From Shigella phage ESh17: a stretch of DNA of 64,000 bases. The notes under the pieces were generated by a model, which ran no database searches, was not told the origin of the DNA, and saw nothing but the letters and a program-made list of their open reading frames with translations. Numbering within the stretch: position 1 is the first letter of the stretch; every line of letters begins with the position of its first letter. Made by a program: the position numbers and the translations under genes. This document shows positions 40,704-53,490 of this stretch, in pieces. Location: the sequence record ON528727; one strand, given 5' to 3'.

Positions 40704-41384
40704 ATGATAGATAAAGATTATATTGCAGAGCTGAAGGCTCTTGATGATAACAAAGAAGCTAAAGCTAAATTAGCTGAATATGCTGAACAGTTTGGTATAA
40801 AGGTCAAAAAGAATAAATCTTTTGATAATATCGTTGTTGATATTGAAGAAGCCCTCCAGAAGCTCGCTAGTGAACCTATGCCAGAGACTGATGGGTTATC
40901 TATTAAAGACTTAATTGATGCTGCTGATGCTGCAGAGGGATTAAAATATGACGATGAAGAAGTCAATCCAGAAGCAGCACTTCTGATTGATTCTCCGGTT
41001 AAATCTGACATTAAAATTGAAGTAGTAGAAACGGATAAAATTCCTGAAAATACCGATGTTTTGATTGAAGATACTCCTTTTGTTGAAGAAAAATTTGAAC
41101 AGGCTGTAGCTGAAATTATTGAATCTGAAAATCCGTCTGTATTTACTCTTCCGGAAAACTTTAGCCCGAATCTTCAGTTGATTGGAAAAAATCCAGGATT
41201 CTGTACTGTTCCTTGGTGGATTTATCAATGGATTGCTGAAACTCCGGATTGGAAATCTCACCCAACAAGTTTTGAGCATGCGTCAGCACACCAAACTTTA
41301 TTTAGCTTAATTTACTACATTAATCGTGACGGATCAGTTCTAATTCGTGAAACACGTAATTCTTCTTTCGTAACATTAAAATAA
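40704..41384 (+). CDS. inh: Inh, inhibitor of prohead protease gp21
   Basis: 226 aa acidic ORF between segE and hoc; position as T4 inh. Confidence 0.75.
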   Translation: MIDKDYIAELKALDDNKEAKAKLAEYAEQFGIKVKKNKSFDNIVVDIEEALQKLASEPMPETDGLSIKDLIDAADAAEGLKYDDEEVNPEAALLIDSPVKSDIKIEVVETDKIPENTDVLIEDTPFVEEKFEQAVAEIIESENPSVFTLPENFSPNLQLIGKNPGFCTVPWWIYQWIAETPDWKSHPTSFEHASAHQTLFSLIYYINRDGSVLIRETRNSSFVTLK

Positions 41385-41393
41385 GGATAATTT

Positions 41394-42524
41394 ATGACTT
41401 TTACAGTTGATATAACTCCTAAAACGCCTACTGGAGTTATAGATCAGACTCAGCAGTTTACTGCTACACCCAGTGGTCAAACTGGAGATGGACCTATTAC
41501 ATATGCTTGGACTGTAGACGACGCTCCGCAGGAAGAAACGTCAGCAACTTTTAGTTATGTACTAAAAGGACCTGCCGGTCAAAAAACTATTAAAGTAGTT
41601 GCAACAAACCCAGTTCCAGATACTGATGCTGAAACAGCAGAAGCTACTACAACTATCACAGTTCAAAATAAGACACAGACAACTACTTTAGCTGTAACTC
41701 CTGATAGTCCTTCAGTTGGAGTAATTGGAACCCCAGTTCAATTTACTGCTGCCTTATCTTCTCAACCAGTTGGAGCGTCTGCTACGTATCAATGGCACGT
41801 TGACGGTTCTCCTGTAGGCGAAGCAACTTCTGCTACATTCAATTACACTCCTACCACAAGTGGAGTAAAAAGAATTAAATGCGTAGCCCAAGTAACTGCT
41901 GAAAATTACAATGAAAAGGAAGTTACTTCGAATGAAGTATCATTAACAGTTAATAAGAAGACAATGAATCCACAGGTTACATTGACTCCTCCTTCTATTA
42001 ACGTTCAACAAGATGCTTCGGCTACATTTACTGCTAATGTCACTGATGCACCAGAAGAAGCACAAATTGCTTATTCATGGAAGAAAGATTCTTCTCCCGT
42101 AGAAGGATCAACTAATGTGTATACCGTTGATACGTCATCTGTTGGAAGTCAAACTATTGAAGTTACTGCTATCGTTACGGCAACTGATTATGATAGTAAA
42201 ACTATTACAGCAGAAGGTCAAGTTCAAGTGACTGATAAAGTTGCTCCAGAACCAGAAGGTGAATTACCTTATGTTCATCCTCTTCCACACCGTAGCTCAG
42301 CTTACATCTGGTGCGGTTGGTGGGTTATGGATGAAATCCAAAAAATGACCGAAGAAGGTAAAGATTGGAAAACTGATGATCCAGATAGTAAGTACTACTT
42401 GCATCGTTACACTCTTCAGAAAATGATGAAAGACTATCCAGAAGTTGATGTTCAAGAATCACGTAATGGATACATCATTCACAAAACTGCTTTAGAAACT
42501 GGTATCATCTATACCTATCCATAA
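41394..42524 (+). CDS. hoc: Hoc, highly immunogenic outer capsid protein
   Basis: 376 aa with repeated Ig-like segments. Confidence 0.9.
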   Translation: MTFTVDITPKTPTGVIDQTQQFTATPSGQTGDGPITYAWTVDDAPQEETSATFSYVLKGPAGQKTIKVVATNPVPDTDAETAEATTTITVQNKTQTTTLAVTPDSPSVGVIGTPVQFTAALSSQPVGASATYQWHVDGSPVGEATSATFNYTPTTSGVKRIKCVAQVTAENYNEKEVTSNEVSLTVNKKTMNPQVTLTPPSINVQQDASATFTANVTDAPEEAQIAYSWKKDSSPVEGSTNVYTVDTSSVGSQTIEVTAIVTATDYDSKTITAEGQVQVTDKVAPEPEGELPYVHPLPHRSSAYIWCGWWVMDEIQKMTEEGKDWKTDDPDSKYYLHRYTLQKMMKDYPEVDVQESRNGYIIHKTALETGIIYTYP

Positions 42525-42530
42525 TCATAA

Positions 42531-42550
42531 GGGGCTTCGGCCCCTTTTTT
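42531..42550 (+). terminator. Intrinsic terminator after hoc
   Basis: GGGGC-ttcg-GCCCC then TTTTTT. Confidence 0.8.
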
Positions 42551-42613
42551 CATTTTGAAAGCACACAAAACACAATCAGAAAATGGTGTATATAATGGCA
42601 CCAACTCGATAAC

Positions 42614-42829
42614 ATGAGATTGATTATGAGAACTGAGGTTGTGGTGTTTACTCTTCATGAGTCTGGAAAGTCATTCATTGAAATTGCTCGTGAATTAAAC
42701 TTACAGGCGAAAGAAGTGGCTGTATTATGGGCTCGAGCTATGACTGCTAAGAATAAATTTGAAACTCGAGAAAAAGTTGTCTATAGAAAAAGACATATCA
42801 ATAAAAAGGTGAAAAATGGAACAGTATGA
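42614..42829 (+). CDS. Hypothetical small protein, possible helix-turn-helix
   Basis: 71 aa ORF; ESGKSFIEIARELNL resembles an HTH. Confidence 0.45.
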   Translation: MRLIMRTEVVVFTLHESGKSFIEIARELNLQAKEVAVLWARAMTAKNKFETREKVVYRKRHINKKVKNGTV

Positions 42830-43094
42830 TCTTTATGAAAATGAATCTTTTGCTAATCAATTACGTGAAAAAGCATTAAAAAGTAAACAGTTTAAGCTAG
42901 AGTGTTTTATTAAAGATTTTTCAGAACTTGCTAATAAAGCAGCTGAACAAGGTAAAACATATTTTAGTTATTATTGTACTGCTCGCGATAAATTGATTAC
43001 TGAAGAAATTGGTGATTGGCTGAGAAAAGAAGGATTCAGCTTTAAAGTCAATAGTGATCAGCGTGATGGTGATTGGTTAGAAATTACATTTTGA
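42816..43094 (+). CDS. Hypothetical protein (24.2 position)
   Basis: 92 aa ORF. Confidence 0.55.
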   Translation: MEQYDLYENESFANQLREKALKSKQFKLECFIKDFSELANKAAEQGKTYFSYYCTARDKLITEEIGDWLRKEGFSFKVNSDQRDGDWLEITF

Positions 43095-43103
43095 GGATTA
43101 ATT

Positions 43104-44108
43104 ATGTTTAAAAAGTATAGCAGTCTTGAAAATCATTACAACTCTAAATTTATTGAAAAACTTTACAGCTTGGGATTGACTGGCGGCGAATGGGTAGCTC
43201 GTGAAAAGATTCACGGCACAAATTTCTCGTTGATTATTGAGCGTGATAAAGTGACTTGCGCTAAACGTACTGGACCGATTCTTCCTGCTGAAGATTTCTT
43301 CGGTTATGAAATTATTTTAAAGAATTACGAAGATTCTATTAAAGCTGTCCAAGAAATTATGGAAACTTCAGCTGTTGTGACTTATCAAGTTTTTGGCGAA
43401 TTCGCTGGACCTGGCATTCAGAAGAATGTTGATTATGGCGATAAAGATTTTTATGTATTTGACATTATTGTCACTACCGAAAGTGGTGATGTAACTTATG
43501 TTGATGATTACATGATGGAATCGTTTTGTAATTCATTTGGGTTTAAAATCGCTCCACTTTTGGGTCGTGGTAAATTTGAAGATCTTATTAAACTTCCAAA
43601 TGATTTGGATTCTGTTGTTCCGTCTTATAATTTTACCGTAGATAATGCAGGTTTAATTGACGCTAACAAATGTGTTTGGAAAGCTGAAGCCAAAGGCGAA
43701 GTATTTACCGCTGAAGGATATGTATTGAAACCTTGCTATCCTTCTTGGCTGCCTAATCGCAATCGTGTAGCCATCAAATGCAAGAATTCTAAATTTAGTG
43801 AAAAGAAAAAGTCTGATAAGCCTATTAAAGCTAAAGTTGAACTGTCAGAAGCTGATAACAAATTGGTGGGGATTTTAGCTTGTTACGTTACACTAAACCG
43901 AGTAAATAACGTTATTTCTAAAATTGGCGAAATTGGTCCAAAAGATTTTGGAAAGGTGATGGGACTAACTGTTCAAGATATTTTGGAAGAAACTTCTCGT
44001 GAAGGTATTACTCTAACTCAAGCGGATAATCCTTCTTTGATTAAAAAGGAATTAGTTAAAATGGTACAAGATGTACTTCGTCCGGCTTGGATTGAATTGA
44101 ATTGGTAA
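43104..44108 (+). CDS. rnlB: RNA ligase 2
   Basis: 334 aa with nucleotidyltransferase motif I KIHGTN. Confidence 0.93.
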   Translation: MFKKYSSLENHYNSKFIEKLYSLGLTGGEWVAREKIHGTNFSLIIERDKVTCAKRTGPILPAEDFFGYEIILKNYEDSIKAVQEIMETSAVVTYQVFGEFAGPGIQKNVDYGDKDFYVFDIIVTTESGDVTYVDDYMMESFCNSFGFKIAPLLGRGKFEDLIKLPNDLDSVVPSYNFTVDNAGLIDANKCVWKAEAKGEVFTAEGYVLKPCYPSWLPNRNRVAIKCKNSKFSEKKKSDKPIKAKVELSEADNKLVGILACYVTLNRVNNVISKIGEIGPKDFGKVMGLTVQDILEETSREGITLTQADNPSLIKKELVKMVQDVLRPAWIELNW

Positions 44109-44120
44109 GTTAAATAAAAA

Positions 44121-44142
44121 GGGACCGAAAGGTCCCTTTGTT
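44121..44142. terminator. Bidirectional terminator between convergent rnlB and gene 24
   Basis: GGGACC-gaaa-GGTCCC with T-rich tract on both strands. Confidence 0.75.
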
Positions 44143-45426
44143 TTATTCATCAATGATAATTTTTGGTAGCTTAACACCTAATAAAACAGACAAATCTGAA
44201 CGACCCGCCATTTTATCCATGTCTCCACCATCAATTACTCTTGCTTCTTTTTCATCTTTTGCTACGGTGTAAGGATTTGCAGATAAAGCATATCTAACTA
44301 ATAAACCGATAGACGGTTGCAAGCTTTCTGGATCAACAACAACTTTAAATGCACCTACATGTTCAGGGTCATCTAAGTCGAGACCTTCTGTATACGGAGC
44401 ATAGAAAATTGATCCAACAATTTCTTTTTCACCGATATTTTCTACTACGCCAACGATTACATAATCTAATGGGCTGTTAGTATCGCAATAAAGTGGTAAA
44501 CCATTAGCTAAAAACCCATAGGCATTTTGTGAAAGATATTTATCATCTTCTGGTTTATGTTTTAACCAACCTGATGCAGCAAGAATCGCGGCGGCACGAG
44601 CAGAAGCTACACAGAACGTTGCTGTATAAGTTGATTCTTTTTGGATATGCGAAACCATTTCACATACCATTCGGTATAATGAACGACCAGCTTCAGGAGC
44701 AGATGCATAACTCAAATCAATGAATCCGGTATCAGTAATTCCTGTAACTTTATAGCGTTTTGACACTGTAATCAAAGACTGCAGAATATCTTTATTGATT
44801 TCATCTGCCATTTCAGTTGCAAGCAAATCTTCTAAGAAATTAGGAGCATCGAATCCATTTGCTTCTAAATCTTGCGCTAATTCAACTGTGATGCCAGTTT
44901 TAAGTTTACGAGATTTAACCGCGGTTTGCCATTTATTAATCTGGAATCTAGCATCCGCAATTTCACTATCAGAGCTTTCAAATTTGCTTGTTACTGCAGC
45001 ATCAGAAAATAGACGAACCTTTAAAAGAACGATTGCAATCTGAAGAGCTAATTCTAAATCGCTTTCTTCAATATCAGCAAATGGTGTATCTTCTAATACT
45101 TTATAAACGATATTATTATATTTGAATAAATCGCCTTTATTGAGAGTTAATTTAGACTCTTCTGTTAATTCTGTGATTTGTTCTCGGTCTACGTATCCAG
45201 CTTCGCCAGCGTAAGTAGCACCAGTTTTAAATGTAAATTCATTGTCTGGGTTAAGGTATTTGATACCATAAAAAGCAGCAACAGGTTGATTAGTTCTTTG
45301 TGTTGCTACAATGTCAGAATATATTAATTTAGTGGTAGCGCGAGTCAAAGCAACGAGATTTGGGCGACCGATTGAGTTGCTATTCGTTGTGGTTGATTCG
45401 CGCAGAAGTTCGTTGATTTTAGCCAT
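44143..45426 (-). CDS. 24: Head vertex protein gp24
   Basis: 427 aa, paralogue of major capsid protein. Confidence 0.93.
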   Translation of the reverse strand: MAKINELLRESTTTNSNSIGRPNLVALTRATTKLIYSDIVATQRTNQPVAAFYGIKYLNPDNEFTFKTGATYAGEAGYVDREQITELTEESKLTLNKGDLFKYNNIVYKVLEDTPFADIEESDLELALQIAIVLLKVRLFSDAAVTSKFESSDSEIADARFQINKWQTAVKSRKLKTGITVELAQDLEANGFDAPNFLEDLLATEMADEINKDILQSLITVSKRYKVTGITDTGFIDLSYASAPEAGRSLYRMVCEMVSHIQKESTYTATFCVASARAAAILAASGWLKHKPEDDKYLSQNAYGFLANGLPLYCDTNSPLDYVIVGVVENIGEKEIVGSIFYAPYTEGLDLDDPEHVGAFKVVVDPESLQPSIGLLVRYALSANPYTVAKDEKEARVIDGGDMDKMAGRSDLSVLLGVKLPKIIIDE

Positions 45427-45453
45427 TGCGCTTTCCTTTTGGTTTATATGATT

Positions 45454-45461
45454 TATTTATA
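45454..45461 (-). promoter_or_regulatory. Late promoter TATAAATA for gene 24
   Basis: TATTTATA 28 bp upstream of gene 24 start. Confidence 0.6.
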
Positions 45462-45478
45462 CCATAAAAACAACTAAA

Positions 45479-45494
45479 GGGACCCGAAGGTCCC
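45479..45494 (-). terminator. Hairpin after gene 23
   Basis: GGGACC-cgaa-GGTCCC between gene 23 stop and gene 24 late promoter. Confidence 0.5.
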
Positions 45495-45509
45495 TTAAAT
45501 CGTCAAAGA

Positions 45510-47075
45510 TTAGATACCTTTAACATATACACGGCGGAAGTAAGCGTTTTTACCAAGGCTATTCAGAATAGAAGGCATACCGCTTTGGATGCGAGAAGCC
45601 GGAGCCTGAGCAGCGGATTCTGCAAATGGGTTGATACCGATACCGTAACGAGTTTTGAATCCCATTACTGGTTGGAAGTTCTTCGGATCGGAACCACGCA
45701 GCGGAGTCAGCGCTACATATGGAGCGTAGTAAATACCAGCATCCATTTCGTTCGGACCTTTATAACCTACAGTGAAATAATCCTGTTTAGCATACTGGTC
45801 GATATATACGCGGTATTTACCACCCAGAACACCAGCAAATACTGACTTGGTAGTATCAGTGTTAAAGCCGGTAGCCAGACCCTGTGCAGCATAAGAAATG
45901 CCGGTATCAACTGAAGCCAGAACGTTAACTACGTTACGGGAAGCGATAATGAAGTTACCTTCACCACGACCGGTCTGACGAGCAATTTCAACTGCTTCTT
46001 TGTCAATCTGGAACAACAGAGCTTTAAAGGATTCACCCGCCCAGCGAGCACCACGAATATCAATCGGATCCTGGAAGTCAAATACACCAGCTTTAGAACC
46101 CGGAGTCAGGGTCATACCAGATTTACCAACCTGTGCGGAGTAGTTAATCCAATCAACAACTTCACGGTTGATTTCTAGCATGATTTCGGTAGCCAGAATA
46201 CCAGACAGTTCAGCATCAGCATCCATACCGTGAACAGCGCGGAGGTCTTGTGCTAATTCGATAGAGTAAGCAGCTTTCAGCTGGCGAGATTTAGCTTCGA
46301 TAACTTGTTTATCGATACGGAAGCCCATTTCATTCCATGGGTTATCGGTAGAACCATTGAAACCTTCCTGAAGTTCAGCGATAGAAGTAGCCATGCCTTC
46401 AGCGATTTCTACCAGTACACCAGCTTCCATTTGTTTCTTAACTTCGGCATCTAATTTAGCAGCATCAGTCGCACCAGCATCAATTGTTACTACAGCGGAA
46501 GCTTGCAGATATACAGTGCCAGTTTCCTGGAAGAAGTGAGAATAGATGTCACCTACAACGGTTTGTGTGCTAGCAGCCAGAGCTGGGAATTTCTTAGCAG
46601 CACCCTGACCAGAGAACATTGCATCTGGACCATACATTGGGTGGAATGCTTCTTTAGCACCGGCAGCCACTGGGTCTTTACCATATACTGCGCGCAGTGC
46701 GAATACCTGGCCAGTCGGGCTGTTCATCGGCTGAACACCACAAATATCGAAAGCAATCAGGTTAGGAATAGCACGACGTACCATACCCATAACAGCTGGG
46801 CCAATCTGGGTTACTGCGCCAGAAGTCTGACCTGCAGCGATGTTAGTAGCATTGTAACCATGGTCACCGCCGATTTCAGCTTCTGTTAAGAAAGAACCAA
46901 ATGCCTGAGCAATTTTTTCGTCTTTATATTCCGGAGCTGTCTGGAAATCTTTTTCCTGGTTTTCAAAGATTTTAGCGATAATCGCTTGTTTGCTATTAGC
47001 AATTTCCGGTAAACCTTCACCTTCCAGTAATGGCTTCCATTTGTTCAAAAGTTCAGCTTTAGTTTTGATAGTCAT
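45510..47075 (-). CDS. 23: Major capsid protein gp23
   Basis: 521 aa MTIKTKAELLNKWKPLLEGEGLPEIANSKQAIIAKIF... Confidence 0.97.
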   Translation of the reverse strand: MTIKTKAELLNKWKPLLEGEGLPEIANSKQAIIAKIFENQEKDFQTAPEYKDEKIAQAFGSFLTEAEIGGDHGYNATNIAAGQTSGAVTQIGPAVMGMVRRAIPNLIAFDICGVQPMNSPTGQVFALRAVYGKDPVAAGAKEAFHPMYGPDAMFSGQGAAKKFPALAASTQTVVGDIYSHFFQETGTVYLQASAVVTIDAGATDAAKLDAEVKKQMEAGVLVEIAEGMATSIAELQEGFNGSTDNPWNEMGFRIDKQVIEAKSRQLKAAYSIELAQDLRAVHGMDADAELSGILATEIMLEINREVVDWINYSAQVGKSGMTLTPGSKAGVFDFQDPIDIRGARWAGESFKALLFQIDKEAVEIARQTGRGEGNFIIASRNVVNVLASVDTGISYAAQGLATGFNTDTTKSVFAGVLGGKYRVYIDQYAKQDYFTVGYKGPNEMDAGIYYAPYVALTPLRGSDPKNFQPVMGFKTRYGIGINPFAESAAQAPASRIQSGMPSILNSLGKNAYFRRVYVKGI

Positions 47076-47093
47076 TTGTGTTAACCTTTAAAA

Positions 47094-47903
47094 TTAGAAA
47101 CGAGATGCGACTTTCGCATATACACTTACAATATCTTCTGCACCCTGTGCAGCTTTATCTTCTACAGCTTCAGTGACGAAATTCAGTCCGGCTGCTTCAG
47201 TATCAGGAGTATTTATACTCTCAGTAATAGTGCTTTCATCTTTATTAGATTTCTTCACCATTTCTACGATTGCACTCAATTTACTTGAGAATGCATCTGA
47301 ATAATCCATACCTTCGACCAGAGCAGAGACTTTTTCTTTTTGAGACTCAGTCAGATCTTTAGTACTTTCGCTCAATGCCACTTCACGCTGCACATAATTG
47401 ATATATGCGTCACGCTTATTGAGTTCTTCGAACAGACGAGCTGATTCTTCTTTATGTTCTTGCAGCTCTTCTTCCATTTCAGCTACAACATCAACTGATT
47501 CTTCTGGAACAACAACGTTGTGTTCAACAAAGAGCTCTTTTAATCCACCAAGCATGGATTCAAACAGTTCGGCTTTGATGCCTTTATCAACTGCTAATTT
47601 ATTTTCAGCGAGCCATTCTTTCGCAAGATGGTCAATGAATTTAGAAGCTTGCTCAGCGATTTTCTTCTCAGCTTTTTCTTCGGCTTCTTCTTTATTTTTT
47701 TCTACTTCTTCTTCTGCTTTTTCAGCAATTTTAGCGATATGAGATTCAGCTAATTTAACGGCGTGCTGCTTGACGGTAGCTTCGAATACAGTGCCGAAAG
47801 TTTCTTTTGCTTCCGGAGAAATATTAACTGATTCGAAAATACTATCAAGAGCAACGGAAGCATCAATTTTCTGCGCTTCGGCAATCAGTTGTTCTTTAAG
47901 CAT
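47094..47903 (-). CDS. 22: Prohead core scaffold protein gp22
   Basis: 269 aa, Glu/Lys-rich helical. Confidence 0.92.
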   Translation of the reverse strand: MLKEQLIAEAQKIDASVALDSIFESVNISPEAKETFGTVFEATVKQHAVKLAESHIAKIAEKAEEEVEKNKEEAEEKAEKKIAEQASKFIDHLAKEWLAENKLAVDKGIKAELFESMLGGLKELFVEHNVVVPEESVDVVAEMEEELQEHKEESARLFEELNKRDAYINYVQREVALSESTKDLTESQKEKVSALVEGMDYSDAFSSKLSAIVEMVKKSNKDESTITESINTPDTEAAGLNFVTEAVEDKAAQGAEDIVSVYAKVASRF

Positions 47904-47930
47904 TTTGTAGTCCTGTTGTTTAGATAATAA

Positions 47931-47938
47931 TATTTATA
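47931..47938 (-). promoter_or_regulatory. Late promoter TATAAATA for gene 22
   Basis: TATTTATA 28 bp upstream of gene 22 start, overlapping gene 21 stop. Confidence 0.6.
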
Positions 47939-48572
47939 ACGCTTTTTTCATGGCCTCTGCGAGAGCCATATAGGCGTCATCGGCACTTGTATCGGCTTCC
48001 GCCGTCTGTGATTCGGTAATTTCCTTAGGAGTTACCCATGCATCTGGAGCACTTGGACCCCATACTGCATCAACACCTACAGTTAATTTGAATCCTTCGT
48101 TTACGATACGATAACCTTTATTTGTGTCAGTCAATGAACCTAATCCACGAGAAGAAACTCCTGGAATCCATCCGGCACGAATATTAGCTGCTAATTTATC
48201 TCCAGGACCATGGTCACCTTCAATAACACGAGCTCGTCCGTATACGTCATTTCCTTTCCACCACATATCTTCTATAATGATAGCGGCTTGCATCGGGTCA
48301 ACATTAGCGCGTGGAGGATGATTTAATTCTCCGAGAGCTTGTTTAGTTAAAACTTGCTCATTAATATAGTCTTTTACCGCTTTTTCTAATATGCGTTTTG
48401 GATAAAGACGTTTATTTCTATTGACGACTTCCGCTTGCATGAATATTCCTTCGATGTATAAACCTGGTTTTAAACCTAAGTCTTTTCCATCATGAGATTC
48501 AAGCATTGGTACGCCATCAATAATTTCGCCAGGTTGACCCCAAGTTTCAATTAGTAATTGGGGTTCATTCAT
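47934..48572 (-). CDS. 21: Prohead core protease gp21
   Basis: 212 aa [20 protein letters not shown]... Confidence 0.93.
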   Translation of the reverse strand: MNEPQLLIETWGQPGEIIDGVPMLESHDGKDLGLKPGLYIEGIFMQAEVVNRNKRLYPKRILEKAVKDYINEQVLTKQALGELNHPPRANVDPMQAAIIIEDMWWKGNDVYGRARVIEGDHGPGDKLAANIRAGWIPGVSSRGLGSLTDTNKGYRIVNEGFKLTVGVDAVWGPSAPDAWVTPKEITESQTAEADTSADDAYMALAEAMKKAL

Positions 48573-48997
48573 TAGCTTAATCCTAATGCTTTACGGCGTT
48601 TAAGAGCTTTTTTACGCTTACGCTGAGCACGAGATTGACCTGCTGGATTGGCAATCTTCGTTTTGGTAGCTTTGCGAGCAATTTGTCTACGTTTTGCTTT
48701 AGACAGCCCGGTGGTTTGAAATGCATTACGTTCACGCGTCTTGCGGTCTTTAGTACGTGTAATTTCACCACGGGCGGAAACATGTTTAACGATAAATTCA
48801 TTTAGCGGCATATTTTCATTAATAGAAGCTAATGCAACCGCTAAATCAGTTTCATCATCAAGCATATTCTCGACAATTGTATTTATATCGTCTTTATTTA
48901 AAGCAGAAGACAATTCGTCAAAGCGACCCTGTGCTTCAGGAATAAGTGCTTCGACATTCTCGAGAACTAATTCATGAGTTTCAGGGATCAGAAGCAT
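48572..48997 (-). CDS. 68: Prohead core protein gp68
   Basis: 141 aa with basic C-terminus. Confidence 0.8.
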
Positions 48998-49244
48998 TAT
49001 TCATCATCCTCGTCTTCGTCATCTTCATCAGAGTCTTTGTCTTTTTTGTCGTCTTTATCATCACTATCTTCGTCTTCGTCATCATCCTCGTCATCAGGTT
49101 CTTCACCTTCGATTAAGAAATTACGAGCGATAGCGATTTTTTCTTCTTTAATTAAATCAATCGTTCTTGCAGCCATGGCTTCAGCAAATAATTTACGAGC
49201 GGCTACGAGGTCGTTTGATTTAATAGCTTCAATTAAACCTTCCA

Positions 49245-49245
<1 letters not shown>
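48997..49245 (-). CDS. 67: Prohead core protein gp67
   Basis: 82 aa with poly-acidic C-terminal tail. Confidence 0.8.
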
Positions 49246-50896
<1,651 letters not shown>

Positions 50897-50902
50897 TTCA
50901 TT

Positions 50903-51394
50903 TTATTCCCAATAATCGAGAGCAAGAGTTACTTCAAATGTTTGGATTTCATTGTTTGAATCCCAATCTAATTGAAGTTCACCCACGTTAGTAGGCCACA
51001 GACCTTTAATTTCAATTTCTTTTGTTACTGTTTTAGCGTCACGAGCATATTGACGAACGATAGCGCTCTTTTTATACTCTGCAGGTTTTCCACCAGTAAT
51101 TTCGTTTCCTTGCCCCGCAGCAATGCTTTGCCAATCAACGAACTTCTGGCGAGCATCATGAGCTTCATCGTTCATTACTGTAACAGTCCAGTCATCGAAT
51201 GTACGATCGCCTGCTACGTTAATTTTACGGTTCATAAATCCGACTGGAATTTTTTCTACAATACCAGCTGGTAGAGCAGTAGCTTTACATTGGAACGTAA
51301 AATTTTGTCCAAGATAAGAAATTTCTACTTGGAATAAGTTAGGTCGAGCAAAATCACCAGATTCAAACGCTCGTGTTACATCATCTACAAACAT
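50903..51394 (-). CDS. 19: Tail tube protein gp19
   Basis: 163 aa MFVDDVTRAFESGDFARPNLFQVEISYLG... Confidence 0.95.
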   Translation of the reverse strand: MFVDDVTRAFESGDFARPNLFQVEISYLGQNFTFQCKATALPAGIVEKIPVGFMNRKINVAGDRTFDDWTVTVMNDEAHDARQKFVDWQSIAAGQGNEITGGKPAEYKKSAIVRQYARDAKTVTKEIEIKGLWPTNVGELQLDWDSNNEIQTFEVTLALDYWE

Positions 51395-51408
51395 ATTAGC
51401 CTCTGTAG

Positions 51409-51416
51409 TATTTATA
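51409..51416 (-). promoter_or_regulatory. Late promoter TATAAATA for gene 19 (second copy at 51468-51475)
   Basis: TATTTATA 15 bp upstream of gene 19 start. Confidence 0.55.
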
Positions 51417-51476
51417 TCCCTATGTTTAACCTAGGGCATATAGAATTAAAGAATTAAGGATATAGTGTATTTATAT

Positions 51477-51494
51477 GGCCTGCCGAAGCAGGCC
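51477..51494 (-). terminator. Hairpin after gene 18
   Basis: GGCCTGC-cgaa-GCAGGCC between gene 18 stop and gene 19 late promoters. Confidence 0.45.
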
Positions 51495-51510
51495 TTTAGA
51501 ATGCACCGTA

Positions 51511-53490
51511 TTAACCTGCAAGACCAGTTAACTCATCGAAATCTGCACCAGTAGCAGTTGCTACGAAGTTTAAGGTAATGTAGTTAATGCTTCTAGCCGG
51601 TTGGATGTAGAATGTTGCAACAAACTCATTTCTATCAATTACTGACGGAGTATTATTTGTTGTATCGCAAACTACACGATATTCATAAATTCCACCGAGA
51701 GCTTTAATTCCCTGCAAGTATTGGGCAGTTTCTGTGCGGAATGATGAACGAGTAAACGCGTTGTTTAATTCGAACAAACGATATTTTGAACTACGTCCGA
51801 TATTCGTTTTCAACATATTAAACAGACGACGAACGTTAATACGATCAAATGGAGAAGGAACAGAAGTAGCTGTTTTATCACCATACAATACGTAACCATC
51901 ACCACCTGTACCAGTTACTGGGTTGATAGCTTCTTGGTATAAACGGTCACGCTGAGCCTGGCGAGTTTCAATAGCAAGTTTAATAACGTTCAAAATTTGG
52001 CCACGATTATAACCAGCTGGAGACATCCAAGTCTGAGATACGTTATCAGTTCTTGCGCATAAACCAGCAATATCAGCTGCTAATGGAACCCAACGATTCA
52101 CATCATTATATTTGTCATACTGATATTTGTAGTTGCCGTCGATTGCTGCATAGGTTGAACTGATATTAAAATTATTATCAGTGTATGAACCTGCTGCAGT
52201 TCTCCAATTGACTAAGTTATCAACAGCACGAGTTACAGGAATTCCAACTACAGTTTCGCGCGGAGGAGAACACAATACTAAGCAATCTTGACGAGCATCC
52301 CCGATTGAAACAACATGTTTTTGGACAGTAGATGCTGTTTCTAAAGATTCACCGGCACAAGAACCCGCAATAAACAGTTGAACGTCAACAGATTCACGGT
52401 CAGCAAAAAAGTCCCAAGCTTCCATCAAATCTCCTGCTGTTACTTCAGCATTTGATGATAATCCACCAGACAGAGTTAAAATTCCAGAGAAGCCTTCTGG
52501 CCAGTTTTGTGCAGTTGCAAAAATATATTCTGAACCACCTTTTGCGAAAAAGTCATCGATATAGATGTTACTATCGTAAATATCTTTTTCACCACGCTTA
52601 GTTGAAAGAACAACGCTTTGAACAATAGCATCATTACGACGAACTATAATAGCATACTGTGAATCAGTTTGTGGTCCATATCCAAACACTGCTTTAGCAG
52701 TAGATGCACGAGTACCACCGCCCGGATAAATTGGGAGTAATGCAGAAGCTCCTTTTGCGTAGTCAGCTTTAGATACAATTTCAATTTCAATTTTATCGCC
52801 TAATTCGCCTGGATAAAGAGCTACTACTCCTGGAATTCCGTATTTTTCGAGATTTGCTTGAAAGTCAACCGCTGTCATAGCAGCTTCAGCATTTTCAATT
52901 TCAGCTAATAAAATACCAGAATCAGTAATAATTTTTCCAAGAGTTATTACTGCGGCTAAACCAGAGGAAGACGAAGAAATTTCTGCAGTCCAGTTAGAAC
53001 CTAATGTTGGGTATTCACCGACTTCTTTAGCTTTAGCGATAATTTTTGCAGTAGGAATATTAATTTTCTTAATTTTTCCATCTGCGTCTACTTCAGTAAT
53101 TTTACCTTCAGTTTCAATATCATCTGAAACATATTTGACCGTGATTTTATCTCCAACTGCATAGTTACTACCTGGGGTAGAAATTGTGTATTCAATATTA
53201 CCAGCAATCGGAGATGAGTTTTTAGCGGTATCTCTATCAACAGCACGAACTACTCGTAAGTCATTTCCGTACTGTAAGAAATTCATCGCAGACATAAAAT
53301 AGTCAGCAGTTTCAGCGGTTGGTTGACCAAAAGTATTAACTAAATCTACTTCATTTGTAACCTGTTTAATCTGAAAAGCAGGACCCCACTGGAATTTACC
53401 GGCCAAAGCTGCTGTACCAGTAGAGTTATTAACCACGGTGCTTTGAACCGTAGTTTCTTTGAGCTCAATGCCCGGAGATAATAAAGTCAT
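51511..53490 (-). CDS. 18: Tail sheath protein gp18
   Basis: 659 aa MTLLSPGIELKETTVQ... Confidence 0.97.
   Translation of the reverse strand: MTLLSPGIELKETTVQSTVVNNSTGTAALAGKFQWGPAFQIKQVTNEVDLVNTFGQPTAETADYFMSAMNFLQYGNDLRVVRAVDRDTAKNSSPIAGNIEYTISTPGSNYAVGDKITVKYVSDDIETEGKITEVDADGKIKKINIPTAKIIAKAKEVGEYPTLGSNWTAEISSSSSGLAAVITLGKIITDSGILLAEIENAEAAMTAVDFQANLEKYGIPGVVALYPGELGDKIEIEIVSKADYAKGASALLPIYPGGGTRASTAKAVFGYGPQTDSQYAIIVRRNDAIVQSVVLSTKRGEKDIYDSNIYIDDFFAKGGSEYIFATAQNWPEGFSGILTLSGGLSSNAEVTAGDLMEAWDFFADRESVDVQLFIAGSCAGESLETASTVQKHVVSIGDARQDCLVLCSPPRETVVGIPVTRAVDNLVNWRTAAGSYTDNNFNISSTYAAIDGNYKYQYDKYNDVNRWVPLAADIAGLCARTDNVSQTWMSPAGYNRGQILNVIKLAIETRQAQRDRLYQEAINPVTGTGGDGYVLYGDKTATSVPSPFDRINVRRLFNMLKTNIGRSSKYRLFELNNAFTRSSFRTETAQYLQGIKALGGIYEYRVVCDTTNNTPSVIDRNEFVATFYIQPARSINYITLNFVATATGADFDELTGLAG

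Noticed and set aside
45585-47742. Several plus-strand ORFs (45585-45845, 46503-46889, 47398-47742)
   Set aside because: All lie antisense inside the major capsid and scaffold genes 23 and 22.
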